From assembly GCA_001192655.1 (NCBI GenBank), contig BBVC01000017.1:1-12359 (forward strand): a DNA stretch of 12,359 nucleotides, given 5' to 3'. This stretch comes from Caedimonas varicaedens (GTDB lineage: Bacteria > Pseudomonadota > Alphaproteobacteria > Caedimonadales > Caedimonadaceae). Below the pieces are notes generated by a model that worked only from the letters and a program-made list of their open reading frames with translations, was not told where the DNA came from and did not search any database. Positions within the stretch are counted from its first letter, which is position 1. Every line of letters begins with the position of its first letter. Below are positions 1 through 6,706 of the stretch, piece after piece. A program made the position numbers and the translations under genes.

Positions 1-219
1 AGCTATAGAAAAAATAGCTCCAAGCCTATAAAGAGTTGCAGCCGACATTTTTGAATGGCCTTGCTCATATTTGTGAATTTGTTGATGGGAAACACCCGCT
101 CGAAGAGACAAATCTGCTAGCGTCCACCCAACATGTTTTCTGAAATTCCTCAGTTTTTGACCTAAATGCATGTCTATTGCATCAACCCGTGATTCTAAGG
201 GCGGACAGGGTTTCTTCAT
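1..219 (-). CDS. XRE-family (Cro/C1-type) helix-turn-helix transcriptional regulator, N-terminal 73 codons only; the gene runs off the left window edge
   Basis: Not in the ORF track because no stop lies inside the window. My reverse-strand translation from ATG (complement of 217-219) is MKKPCPPLESRVDAIDMHLGQKLRNFRKHVGWTLADLSLRAGVSHQQIHKYEQGHSKMSAATLYRLGAIFSIA. The segment LGQKLRxxRxxxGWTxxDLSxxxGVSxxQIxKYEQG is the classic HTH_3/XRE pattern. An alternative start is Met17. Confidence 0.7.
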   Translation of the reverse strand, partial: MKKPCPPLESRVDAIDMHLGQKLRNFRKHVGWTLADLSLRAGVSHQQIHKYEQGHSKMSAATLYRLGAIFSIA

Positions 220-433
220 AGAGAAAATTTTCCATGTAAATTAAAACTTAAAATTTCGGATTCTATTAGCTAAACCACTAACATCTTCTATTCTAGGCAT
301 ATTTTAAATTATAAAGCGATAGAAAAATGTTACAGTTTTTCAACCAGAGAAAGATATTCTGGTTTGTTTATTGCTATTTATTTCTGAGAACTCATGAGAA
401 GTTCTTGAATAGAAAGGAAAAAATAGTTTTCCT

Positions 434-1843
434 CTAGGTTTGGAGCATTCTTTTTAATAAATCCAGGTCTTCTGTTAGAGAAGCATCTTTCTCCTTAAGC
501 TCTTCGACTTTTTTGACAGCATGCATAACAGTCGTATGATCACGTCCTCCGAATTTACGCCCAATCTCAGGCAAAGACATGGATGTCAACTGCTTGGCAA
601 GAAACATTGCAATTTGACGGGGACGCGCAACCGAACGCAAGCGACGCGGTGAGTGCATGTCTGCCAGCTTTACATTAAAATGCTCGGCGACTTTCTTTTG
701 AATTTCATCCACCGAAATACGCCGATCATTCGCACGCAATAAATCCCTGAGGACATCTGTTGCCGATTCAATCGTAATCTCTCGCCCAACAAGCATGGAA
801 TGCGCAACAATACGATTAAGAGCGCCTTCCAGTTCCCGTACATTTGACGTGATTTTATGCGCCAGAAACTCAAGAACCTTCAGTGGAACTTCTCGCCCTA
901 TTTGTTCGGTTTTGGACTGTAAAATACCCAGGCGTAACTCATAGGTCATAGGATGAATATCAGCCACAAGCCCCCAGCCCAGACGAGAACGCATGCGCTC
1001 TTCCAAACCTTCCAGATCGGAAGGAGATTTATCAGCTGAAATAATGACTTGATGATTCTGATCAACCAGCGCATTAAAAGTATGAAAGAATTCTTCTTGC
1101 GTTGATTCCTTGCCGCTAATGAACTGGAAATCATCAATCATCAAAACATCAACAGAACGAAACTGCTCTTTAAAAGCCATTGTATCCTTAAAACGTAAGG
1201 CTTTTACAAAAAGATACATAAATTTTTCAGCCGAAAGATAAATAACGCGCCGTTGCGGATAGGATTTACAAATATGCCATGCAATGGCATGCATAAGATG
1301 GGTTTTACCTAATCCTACCCCTCCGTACAAGAAAAGCGGATTAAAGGTCACTTTATCTGCTTCGGCGACCCGACGTGCAGCAGCATGAGCCAACTCATTG
1401 GATTTTCCCACAACAAAAGCCTCAAAGGTATAACGAGGTTCAAGACGAGAGCCAATAACTTGAATATTTCGATCTTCGGGTTCAGCTTGATCTTTGATTC
1501 TTGCTTCTGCACTTTCAACAGGGGAAGTTCCATTAAATGTTGAATTGGGTGTAACAATTAAATCAAGCGCCAAAATACGAGCATCAAAACGTTGAAGAAT
1601 TTCGAGCATTTTTTGAGAAAAATGTGACTGGATCCAGTCACGCCTAAAACGTGTGGGGGCTATAACAATCAGTCGACCAGAAATAAATTCGCCAAAGGTT
1701 AGGGGTGAAAGCCAACTTTTAAAGGTAGCATCACCAAACTCTTGTGAAAAAAGAGAGCGTGCATTTTCCCAGCATGCCGCCATCACTGACCCCAGTTCTG
1801 GATTCGATTCTATTTGAAGCGAGGTCACAGGCGACACTGACAT
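434..1843 (-). CDS. dnaA: Chromosomal replication initiator protein DnaA
   Basis: 469-aa ORF. It has Walker A GGVGLGKTHL, Walker B VLMIDDFQF, the AAA+ sensor/box VII region RSRLGWGLV, and the C-terminal DnaA signature IAMFLAKQLTSMSLPEIGRKFGGRDHTTVMHAVKKV. Its N-terminus has a typical domain-I pattern (FKSWLSPL...LIVIAPTRFRRDWIQSHF). Confidence 0.97.
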   Translation of the reverse strand: MSVSPVTSLQIESNPELGSVMAACWENARSLFSQEFGDATFKSWLSPLTFGEFISGRLIVIAPTRFRRDWIQSHFSQKMLEILQRFDARILALDLIVTPNSTFNGTSPVESAEARIKDQAEPEDRNIQVIGSRLEPRYTFEAFVVGKSNELAHAAARRVAEADKVTFNPLFLYGGVGLGKTHLMHAIAWHICKSYPQRRVIYLSAEKFMYLFVKALRFKDTMAFKEQFRSVDVLMIDDFQFISGKESTQEEFFHTFNALVDQNHQVIISADKSPSDLEGLEERMRSRLGWGLVADIHPMTYELRLGILQSKTEQIGREVPLKVLEFLAHKITSNVRELEGALNRIVAHSMLVGREITIESATDVLRDLLRANDRRISVDEIQKKVAEHFNVKLADMHSPRRLRSVARPRQIAMFLAKQLTSMSLPEIGRKFGGRDHTTVMHAVKKVEELKEKDASLTEDLDLLKRMLQT

Positions 1844-1982
1844 GGCAAGCCCACTTTTATTCTTTCGTTATATTTCCCCACAAATTTCTTAAATCTAAAG
1901 GGATTGCAATCAAAAACTATTGTTCAATAATTTCTTAACGAAAAGAGTGCAATTTGCCTTTTTTAATTTAATGGAAAGGTTT

Positions 1983-2243
1983 TTACAAAGCATTTATACG
2001 CGAAGCAAGTCGAGAAACTTTGCGCGATGCTGTATTTAAATGCAACACACCCTTACTCACACCGCGCATGATTTCAGGTTGAGCAATTTGCAAAGCCTTC
2101 TGGGCAACAGACTTGTCACCTGTACGAATAGCCTCTTCCACCTTCCGCACAAAAGTACGAACACGCATGATACGGGAATGATTGCGCGCTGTCTTCAGTA
2201 CTGATTGGCGCACACGTTTTTTAGCTGACTCAATATTTGCCAT
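1983..2243 (-). CDS. rpsT: 30S ribosomal protein S20
   Basis: 86-aa basic protein starting [14 protein letters not shown], the canonical S20 N-terminus. An AGGA Shine-Dalgarno sits just upstream on the minus strand. rpsT directly upstream of dnaA in the same orientation is a common alphaproteobacterial arrangement. Confidence 0.95.
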   Translation of the reverse strand: MANIESAKKRVRQSVLKTARNHSRIMRVRTFVRKVEEAIRTGDKSVAQKALQIAQPEIMRGVSKGVLHLNTASRKVSRLASRINAL

Positions 2244-2280
2244 AATAATCCTTCTGCAACACTATTCAAAGCTAGGGTTG

Positions 2281-2309
2281 GTTATACACGAGTGTACGAA
2301 ACAGGTCAA
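2281..2309 (-). promoter_or_regulatory. Putative sigma70-type promoter for rpsT (-35 TTGACC, 17-nt spacer, -10 TATAAC)
   Basis: The minus strand reads TTGACC (2309-2304), then a 17-nt spacer, then TATAAC (2286-2281), about 38 nt upstream of the rpsT ATG. This is motif recognition only. Confidence 0.55.
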
Positions 2310-2438
2310 CCAGATGCTTTTAACATTCTTAAATTTTTAGTCTTCAGATGCAGGGTGGTGGGCGCTACACCATTTTCTGGACATCTGAACCCGCACTCAG
2401 CCTCACAGTCAAGTCTTAATTTTACACTCAATCAGGCA

Positions 2439-2460
2439 ATTCGTCATAAATTCGTCATAA
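2439..2460. repeat. Perfect tandem direct repeat, 2 x 11 bp (ATTCGTCATAA), about 110 bp upstream of the integrase start
   Basis: Read directly: attcgtcataa at 2439-2449 and again at 2450-2460. The period is one helical turn. The function is unknown; it could be an arm-type or operator site. Confidence 0.85.
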
Positions 2461-2572
2461 ACTGCCGAAGACTTTTTCAAAAGAATTGTTTTATTCCAGT
2501 GCTTTGGGAACTTTTCCTACATCATAATTTCGCCATAATCTTACGCAAAGAGACCTTGTGGAGGAATATCGT

Positions 2573-3754
2573 ATGAATCGTCAGAAACTCACCAATACCA
2601 TGATTGAAAAAGCTCAACCCAACGGCAAGGTTTATGCCTTGGCCGACTCTGTGGTTCCCGGTCTTCTGGTGTTTATTAATCCGTGTGGCACGAAAACGTT
2701 TTGTCTTCGTTTACAGAACTTCAGAAAAAAATTGGGCGTCTATCCTTATGACAAGATTCAGTCTGCCCGACAAAAAGGCATTGAATGCCATTCAGAACAT
2801 TTACAGGAGATCCGCATGAAAAATCAGCGCAAAGACGCGAACCTGACCCTATCCGTCCATAAACTCGTCGAGGAATACCTTGAGTTTAAGAAAAGCTCTT
2901 TGTCGGAGAAAACGTGGAAAGAATATGCCTATACTTGGAACAAGTGCGGACGAGATAAATTAGGTGACCTCTTTATCCCCGACCTCACCGATGCCCATGT
3001 GAACCAACTCTTTATTCAGCTCAAGGATACGTACTCTCATACGGAAACCCTGAAAATTATTCTTCTGGCAGCTTTTAAATATGGCAAACAGAAAGGCTAT
3101 CCTGTGGCTGTTTTGGATGGAGAAAGCTGGATACGTTATAAGCGACCTGTGAAGGAGCGGTATTTAACGTCAGGAGAACTCAGCATCTTTTCTGAGCTTA
3201 TGAAAGAACGCAAGGCGCGTTCTGTGACCTATGGCAAACTCCCTCAGCAAATTATCGCCATGGAGCTCCTTTTATATACAGGGTGTCGATGTTCCGAAAT
3301 TCTGGAGCTTAAATGGTCGGATGTTTTTTTCAAGGAAGGGTATATCCAGCTTTGGAAGACCAAGACGCGCAAGGGACGATTGGTTCCTTTATCGGATAAA
3401 ATTCGATCTTTGCTGACGGAAGCCCGTCAGTTTGAAAGTGGAGATTATGTTTTTACCTCGGTGACGGATGCCGACAAGCCCATCTCTTATAATACCTTTC
3501 AGACGGTTTGGTACAACTTGATGAAAGAGGGAAACTTTAACCAAGAGGGCGTTGAGCGCCTTCGGATTCACTCTCTGCGTCATACCTTTATTACGGCGGC
3601 TAATCGAAGCGGCATTTCCCCCTGGACACTGAAAGCGCTTGTGGGTCATTCCAACGGCTCTTGTGTGACGGGCGTTTACATCCACCATAATTTACAAGAA
3701 TTGACTCAAGCTCAGACGTCTATTATTGACGCCTTGCAGAAAGGGCAATATTGA
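2573..3754 (+). CDS. int: Tyrosine recombinase / phage-type (P4-like) integrase
   Basis: The ORF is open from 2558 (GTG), but ATG 2573 follows GGAGGA (2560-2565) at 7-nt spacing. The N-terminal arm-binding-type region is KLTNTMIEKAQPNGKVYALADSVVPGLLVFINPCGTKTFCLR. Catalytic motifs are YTGCRCSEILELKW (box I Arg), HSLRHTF (H-x-x-R), LVGHS, and TGVYIHH (Tyr nucleophile). Confidence 0.92.
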   Translation: MNRQKLTNTMIEKAQPNGKVYALADSVVPGLLVFINPCGTKTFCLRLQNFRKKLGVYPYDKIQSARQKGIECHSEHLQEIRMKNQRKDANLTLSVHKLVEEYLEFKKSSLSEKTWKEYAYTWNKCGRDKLGDLFIPDLTDAHVNQLFIQLKDTYSHTETLKIILLAAFKYGKQKGYPVAVLDGESWIRYKRPVKERYLTSGELSIFSELMKERKARSVTYGKLPQQIIAMELLLYTGCRCSEILELKWSDVFFKEGYIQLWKTKTRKGRLVPLSDKIRSLLTEARQFESGDYVFTSVTDADKPISYNTFQTVWYNLMKEGNFNQEGVERLRIHSLRHTFITAANRSGISPWTLKALVGHSNGSCVTGVYIHHNLQELTQAQTSIIDALQKGQY

Positions 3755-3766
3755 GATGCCCTTTTT
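3742..3766 (+). terminator. Weak candidate intrinsic terminator overlapping the integrase stop codon
   Basis: AGGGCA (3742-3747), a 9-nt loop, TGCCCT (3757-3762), with T5 at 3762-3766. The stem is short, so confidence is low. Confidence 0.35.
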
Positions 3767-3826
3767 CAACCTTTCTGTATCGCTCTTTTTTACCGGAAGA
3801 CAGGATAATCTCTCTGCGTTTGCTCT

Positions 3827-3852
3827 CTGCTTTTTCCCAGGGCAAAAAGCAG
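3827..3852. promoter_or_regulatory. Palindrome/hairpin CTGCTTTTT-N8-AAAAAGCAG, 44 bp upstream of the rep-like gene; candidate operator
   Basis: Perfect 9-bp inverted arms at 3827-3835 and 3844-3852. The spacer CCCAGGGC is itself partly self-complementary. No T-tract follows on either strand, so it is unlikely to be a terminator. Confidence 0.35.
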
Positions 3853-3895
3853 GACGAAAGAGGGACGTGTTGTCTTCACAGAAAGGCAGGGTGTC

Positions 3896-6070
3896 ATGAC
3901 CTTTGTGCCGCGTTCTCTCAAGCGCGCTGTTTTACGGGAAGAGTTTGTGGCTCTGACGGGGGATGCTTTTCAGGCGATTATTCTCAACCAGTTTATCTAC
4001 TGGGTGCAGAAAGTTTCTGACTTTGATGATTTTATTCGGGAAGAGCAAGCGCGGAATCCTGATTGCAACGTCTCTTTACGGCATGGGTGGATTTATAAAA
4101 AAGCCCAGGAGATGATCGACGAGACCATGCTGCAGATGTCCGATATTACCATGAGACGAATGATTAAGGCTCTTGTGGAAAAGGGCTGGATTGAGGAACG
4201 TCCTAATCCTGACAATCGATGGAACAAGGTTCTTCAGTATCGTCCTGATCTGAAGAAGATCCAGCATGATCTTTATTCTCTGGGATATGCCTTACCCGGA
4301 TTCCCTCTTTTACAGCCTGTTTCGCCCTCTGAAGCCTCGAACCTTCAAAATGAAGTCTCGAACCTTCAAAATGAAGCTTCGAACCTTCAAAAATCGAGTT
4401 TCATATTAAAGGATTCAGAGACTACAGCAGAGATTACAGCAGAGAGGAACGCTGACACGCCCGCGGATGTTTCAAAAGCCATGATCCATACCTGGAATCG
4501 TGTTTTGTGTCCCCCTGTTTTGGTTCAGCTGACAACGGAAAGGTCTCAGCGCCTTCAGGCTTTGTTGCAGGAGCATTTTGAGAACAAGCTAGACCTGTGG
4601 TCATCGTTTTGCCAGGAAATCACCCGCAGTTCGTTTCTCATGGGCAAGGGTCAGCGGGGATGGCGTGCGGGACTGGACTGGGTTTTAATCCCTGCTAATT
4701 TTCAAAAAATACGGGAAGGCAATTACCGGGATGCAGATCCTTCTCCTGACGGCTCAGGAGAAGAAAAGCTGTCATCGGAAGAACTCAAGCTCAAGGTGGA
4801 TGCCCATCTTGAAAGCCTTGAGGATCCTCTGTCCCGACAATTTTGTCGTGGGCTTTTGCGCCATCTTCGCGGGGACAAGTTTTTATTCTGGTTTGGACAG
4901 GCATCTTGGGGCGGATGGGATTGTGGAGAGCTTGTGTTGTCTTTTCCGTCAAAAGCCGCCCGAGATTACGTGGAGCGTCATTTTAGCTCGGAGATCGGTG
5001 TTGCCGCACGCTCTGTGTGTCCTGACCTCAAAAGCCTGAGTCTCACCGTTCAGCAAACAATCCAGCACTCTCAACTCCCTGTATCTCCTGCTTTTTCCTT
5101 GCCCTCACCCGCCACGGGAGATCAAAACCAAGGAAAAAATATTTCTTCCTCTCACGGCTTGAGAGCCGTTGAGGTTCCTCACAGCCAGCTGCCAAGTCTC
5201 ACCACAGAGGGGGAATTTGATCTGTCGCAGCAGAGCTTGGCGGAATCTGACCTCCAAGAGATAAATCCTCAGGGAAACGGTGAAGATCGAGAGACTCAAT
5301 TCTCCAGATCAACATCATCCCCTTTGAAGGGATCCCATACGTCTCCCCCAAACACGCAAGCTCTGGAATTTGCAGAAGATTGCTTGCCCGTGAGCGATAA
5401 GGCCTCTCAACCCTTCTTGTCTGCTTTGCAGACCGGAGAGCATGGCAAAGAAAGGCTTGTGAGAGATGATGCTTTGCTTGGGAGAATTTTCTCATGGGAT
5501 GATGGTACCTCTCCTGTCCAAGAGGGGGTGCGTTCTCCTGCTCCCACCACTTTACCCTGGACTTCTGCGGAAGATCAGGCAGACTCGTTGTTGACGCCCT
5601 GCTTTGTCTCGGGAGAGCAACCTGTTTCCCCGACACATGCTGCTCCCTTGTCTTTACACCGTCATGCTGTTCCGTGCGCAGACTCTCTTGGAGAGAATGC
5701 GTCAGGAAATGCCCGACAAACATGCCCCACGACATCCTCTGTCCTCTCTCAAGAATCCCGTCATCTTTGTTCGCCAAGGAGGATGCCTGTGATCCGTGAC
5801 GAATCCCGTCACGTCTCTTCCTTATCAGGGAAGATAAAACCTTCTGCCAGGGAAGAAGGCCTGCCTTTTGTGCAGGACTCTTACGTTGACAGAAACGGGC
5901 GTGACCCATTTTTAAGGGTGTCGTCCGAAGAGCGCACTCATTCCGTTCATTCGTCACCTTTATCCCTCCCTTCTGTCCAAGAGAATCCCTGGAAACGGCA
6001 TGTGACGGGATTACTCGCCGCTTGCTTGCCTTCTTCTGCCAACCCTCTTATGGAAAGGAATCTGTCATGA
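3896..6070 (+). CDS. Multi-domain replication-initiator-like protein: N-terminal winged-helix-like region, heptad repeats, a phage/plasmid replication-organizer-like middle segment, a DnaA-domain-I-like segment, and a long disordered Ser/Pro-rich tail
   Basis: An uninterrupted 724-codon ORF, too long to arise by chance. aa 1-135 contain ...MSDITMRRMIKALVEKGWIEER (wHTH-like). aa 190-278 end in FLMGKGQRGWRAGLDWVLIPANFQKIREGNY. aa 310-386 (GDKFLFWF...GELVLSFPSKAARDYVERHFSSEI...LSLTV) align by eye with the N-terminus of the host DnaA in this window (GDATFKSWL...GRLIVIAPTRFRRDWIQSHFSQKM...LDLIV). The product name is inferred. Confidence 0.75.
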   Translation: MTFVPRSLKRAVLREEFVALTGDAFQAIILNQFIYWVQKVSDFDDFIREEQARNPDCNVSLRHGWIYKKAQEMIDETMLQMSDITMRRMIKALVEKGWIEERPNPDNRWNKVLQYRPDLKKIQHDLYSLGYALPGFPLLQPVSPSEASNLQNEVSNLQNEASNLQKSSFILKDSETTAEITAERNADTPADVSKAMIHTWNRVLCPPVLVQLTTERSQRLQALLQEHFENKLDLWSSFCQEITRSSFLMGKGQRGWRAGLDWVLIPANFQKIREGNYRDADPSPDGSGEEKLSSEELKLKVDAHLESLEDPLSRQFCRGLLRHLRGDKFLFWFGQASWGGWDCGELVLSFPSKAARDYVERHFSSEIGVAARSVCPDLKSLSLTVQQTIQHSQLPVSPAFSLPSPATGDQNQGKNISSSHGLRAVEVPHSQLPSLTTEGEFDLSQQSLAESDLQEINPQGNGEDRETQFSRSTSSPLKGSHTSPPNTQALEFAEDCLPVSDKASQPFLSALQTGEHGKERLVRDDALLGRIFSWDDGTSPVQEGVRSPAPTTLPWTSAEDQADSLLTPCFVSGEQPVSPTHAAPLSLHRHAVPCADSLGENASGNARQTCPTTSSVLSQESRHLCSPRRMPVIRDESRHVSSLSGKIKPSAREEGLPFVQDSYVDRNGRDPFLRVSSEERTHSVHSSPLSLPSVQENPWKRHVTGLLAACLPSSANPLMERNLS
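4331..4393. repeat. Three tandem 21-bp direct repeats (GAAGyyTCGAACCTTCAAAAw) inside the rep-like CDS; iteron-like
   Basis: Units lie at 4331-4351, 4352-4372 and 4373-4393. The units differ at positions 5-6 (cc/tc/ct), and the final base of unit 3 is a rather than t. They encode (E)ASNLQN / (E)VSNLQN / (E)ASNLQK. The 21-bp period equals two helical turns. A locally AT-rich stretch follows (aaaaatcgagtttcatattaaagg). Confidence 0.9.
4423..4445. repeat. Second short tandem repeat, 2 x 11 bp (TACAGCAGAGA) with a 12-bp period, 30 bp downstream of the 21-bp repeats
   Basis: tacagcagaga is at 4423-4433 and again at 4435-4445. It encodes TAEITAER. Confidence 0.8.
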
Positions 6071-6468
6071 GTCTCAACCGCATTTGTCTTTTAGGCCATG
6101 TGGGAAAAAATCCCCAATTTTATCAAACATCCATCGGTGACGCTTACGCCCGTTTTTCGTTAGCAACGCAGGAATCCTGGAAGGATGCCCAGGGAAACAA
6201 GCAAACCCGCACCCAGTGGCATTCTGTGGCGGTGTTTTCTCAAGGTCTCGTGGAGATTGCCCGACAATACCTGAACAAGGGCGCTTATGTCTTTCTGGAG
6301 GGGATGCTCCATTATCGTCAAGTCCTCACCGATGACGGACGGGAATATCCCGTTGCAGAAATCCTGCTTAAAAATCCACGCAGTGTTTTACGTATTCTCC
6401 AGCCCGGCAAGACAGTTGCATCTGTCCCCGAGGAGCATTCCACAGAAGAGGCCTGTCATGATGCTTAA
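6067..6468 (+). CDS. ssb: Single-stranded DNA-binding protein (short form, no canonical acidic C-terminal tip)
   Basis: ATG 6067 overlaps the stop of the upstream gene (ATGA). The N-terminus MSLNRICLLGHVGKNPQFYQTSIGDAYARFSLATQESWKD...TQWHSVAVF...ARQYLNKGAYVFLEGML is a typical SSB OB-fold pattern. The protein is 133 aa and ends ...EEHSTEEACHDA. Confidence 0.85.
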   Translation: MSLNRICLLGHVGKNPQFYQTSIGDAYARFSLATQESWKDAQGNKQTRTQWHSVAVFSQGLVEIARQYLNKGAYVFLEGMLHYRQVLTDDGREYPVAEILLKNPRSVLRILQPGKTVASVPEEHSTEEACHDA

Positions 6469-6609
6469 CACGCGAGACCAAGAACTCTCATTTGTTTCAG
6501 ATTCAGGGGCTTTTGCCCTGTCCTCTCCTTTGCGCGAACGGTACGCGCGAAGAACAGGCGTGCTGGCTTTTCCATTCCGTCACACGCCGTTTGACCTCCC
6601 TGTAAACTT

Positions 6610-6643
6610 GAGTGAAAGACGTGATCGTCTTTCACTCCTTTTT
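6610..6643 (+). terminator. Candidate rho-independent terminator downstream of ssb
   Basis: A 12-bp perfect stem, GAGTGAAAGACG (6610-6621) paired with CGTCTTTCACTC (6626-6637), has a 4-nt loop TGAT. It is followed by C then TTTTT (6639-6643). Confidence 0.55.
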
Positions 6644-6706
6644 CAAGGAAGGAAAAACGTCCTGCCCGCAGGATACCTTGGTGGATTATCTCTTTTTCAA
6701 GGAAGG
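6638..6706. repeat. Two copies of a 15-bp direct repeat CTTTTTCAAGGAAGG, 54 bp apart, upstream of the first methyltransferase
   Basis: The copies are at 6638-6652 and 6692-6706. The second copy supplies the AGGAAGG Shine-Dalgarno for ATG 6715. The first copy overlaps the terminator T-tract. Confidence 0.8.
6660..6673. promoter_or_regulatory. 14-bp palindrome TCCTGC-CC-GCAGGA between the two 15-bp repeats; candidate operator
   Basis: Read directly. It has 6-bp inverted arms and lies 42 bp upstream of the methyltransferase ATG. No function can be assigned from sequence alone. Confidence 0.3.

Noticed and set aside
343-433. Hairpins downstream of dnaA: AGGAAAA-N5-TTTTCCT (415-433), AGAACT-N7-AGTTCT (about 387-405), and ACCAGA-N9-TCTGGT (about 343-363).
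   Set aside because: The stems are short and mostly A/T, with no proper U-tract on the minus (dnaA) strand. A dnaA terminator probably lies here, but none of these is convincing enough to annotate.
2356-2372. The hairpin TGGTG-GGCGCTA-CACCA and nearby GC-rich sequence, examined as a possible tRNA or tmRNA remnant at the island junction.
   Set aside because: There is no acceptor, D or T arm arrangement, no GGTTCRA-type T-loop, and the loop does not fit an anticodon loop. Only a dedicated scan could settle this.
2292-2576. A 94-aa plus-strand ORF spanning the core/island boundary.
   Set aside because: It starts inside the predicted rpsT promoter, crosses the compositional break, has no SD, and gives a low-complexity translation. 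It ends within the integrase start region. It is most likely non-coding att or regulatory DNA.
3751-4020. An 89-aa plus-strand ORF bridging the int-rep spacer.
   Set aside because: It overlaps the rep-like start in another frame, includes the palindrome, has no SD, and gives a Cys- and Arg-rich translation.
5199-5957. A 252-aa ORF on the minus strand, antisense to the tail of the rep-like gene.
   Set aside because: The translation is Arg-, Ser- and Gln-rich with no motif, no convincing SD, and no fit to the operon. It lies wholly inside a 2.2-kb sense ORF. Long antisense ORFs are expected in this composition.
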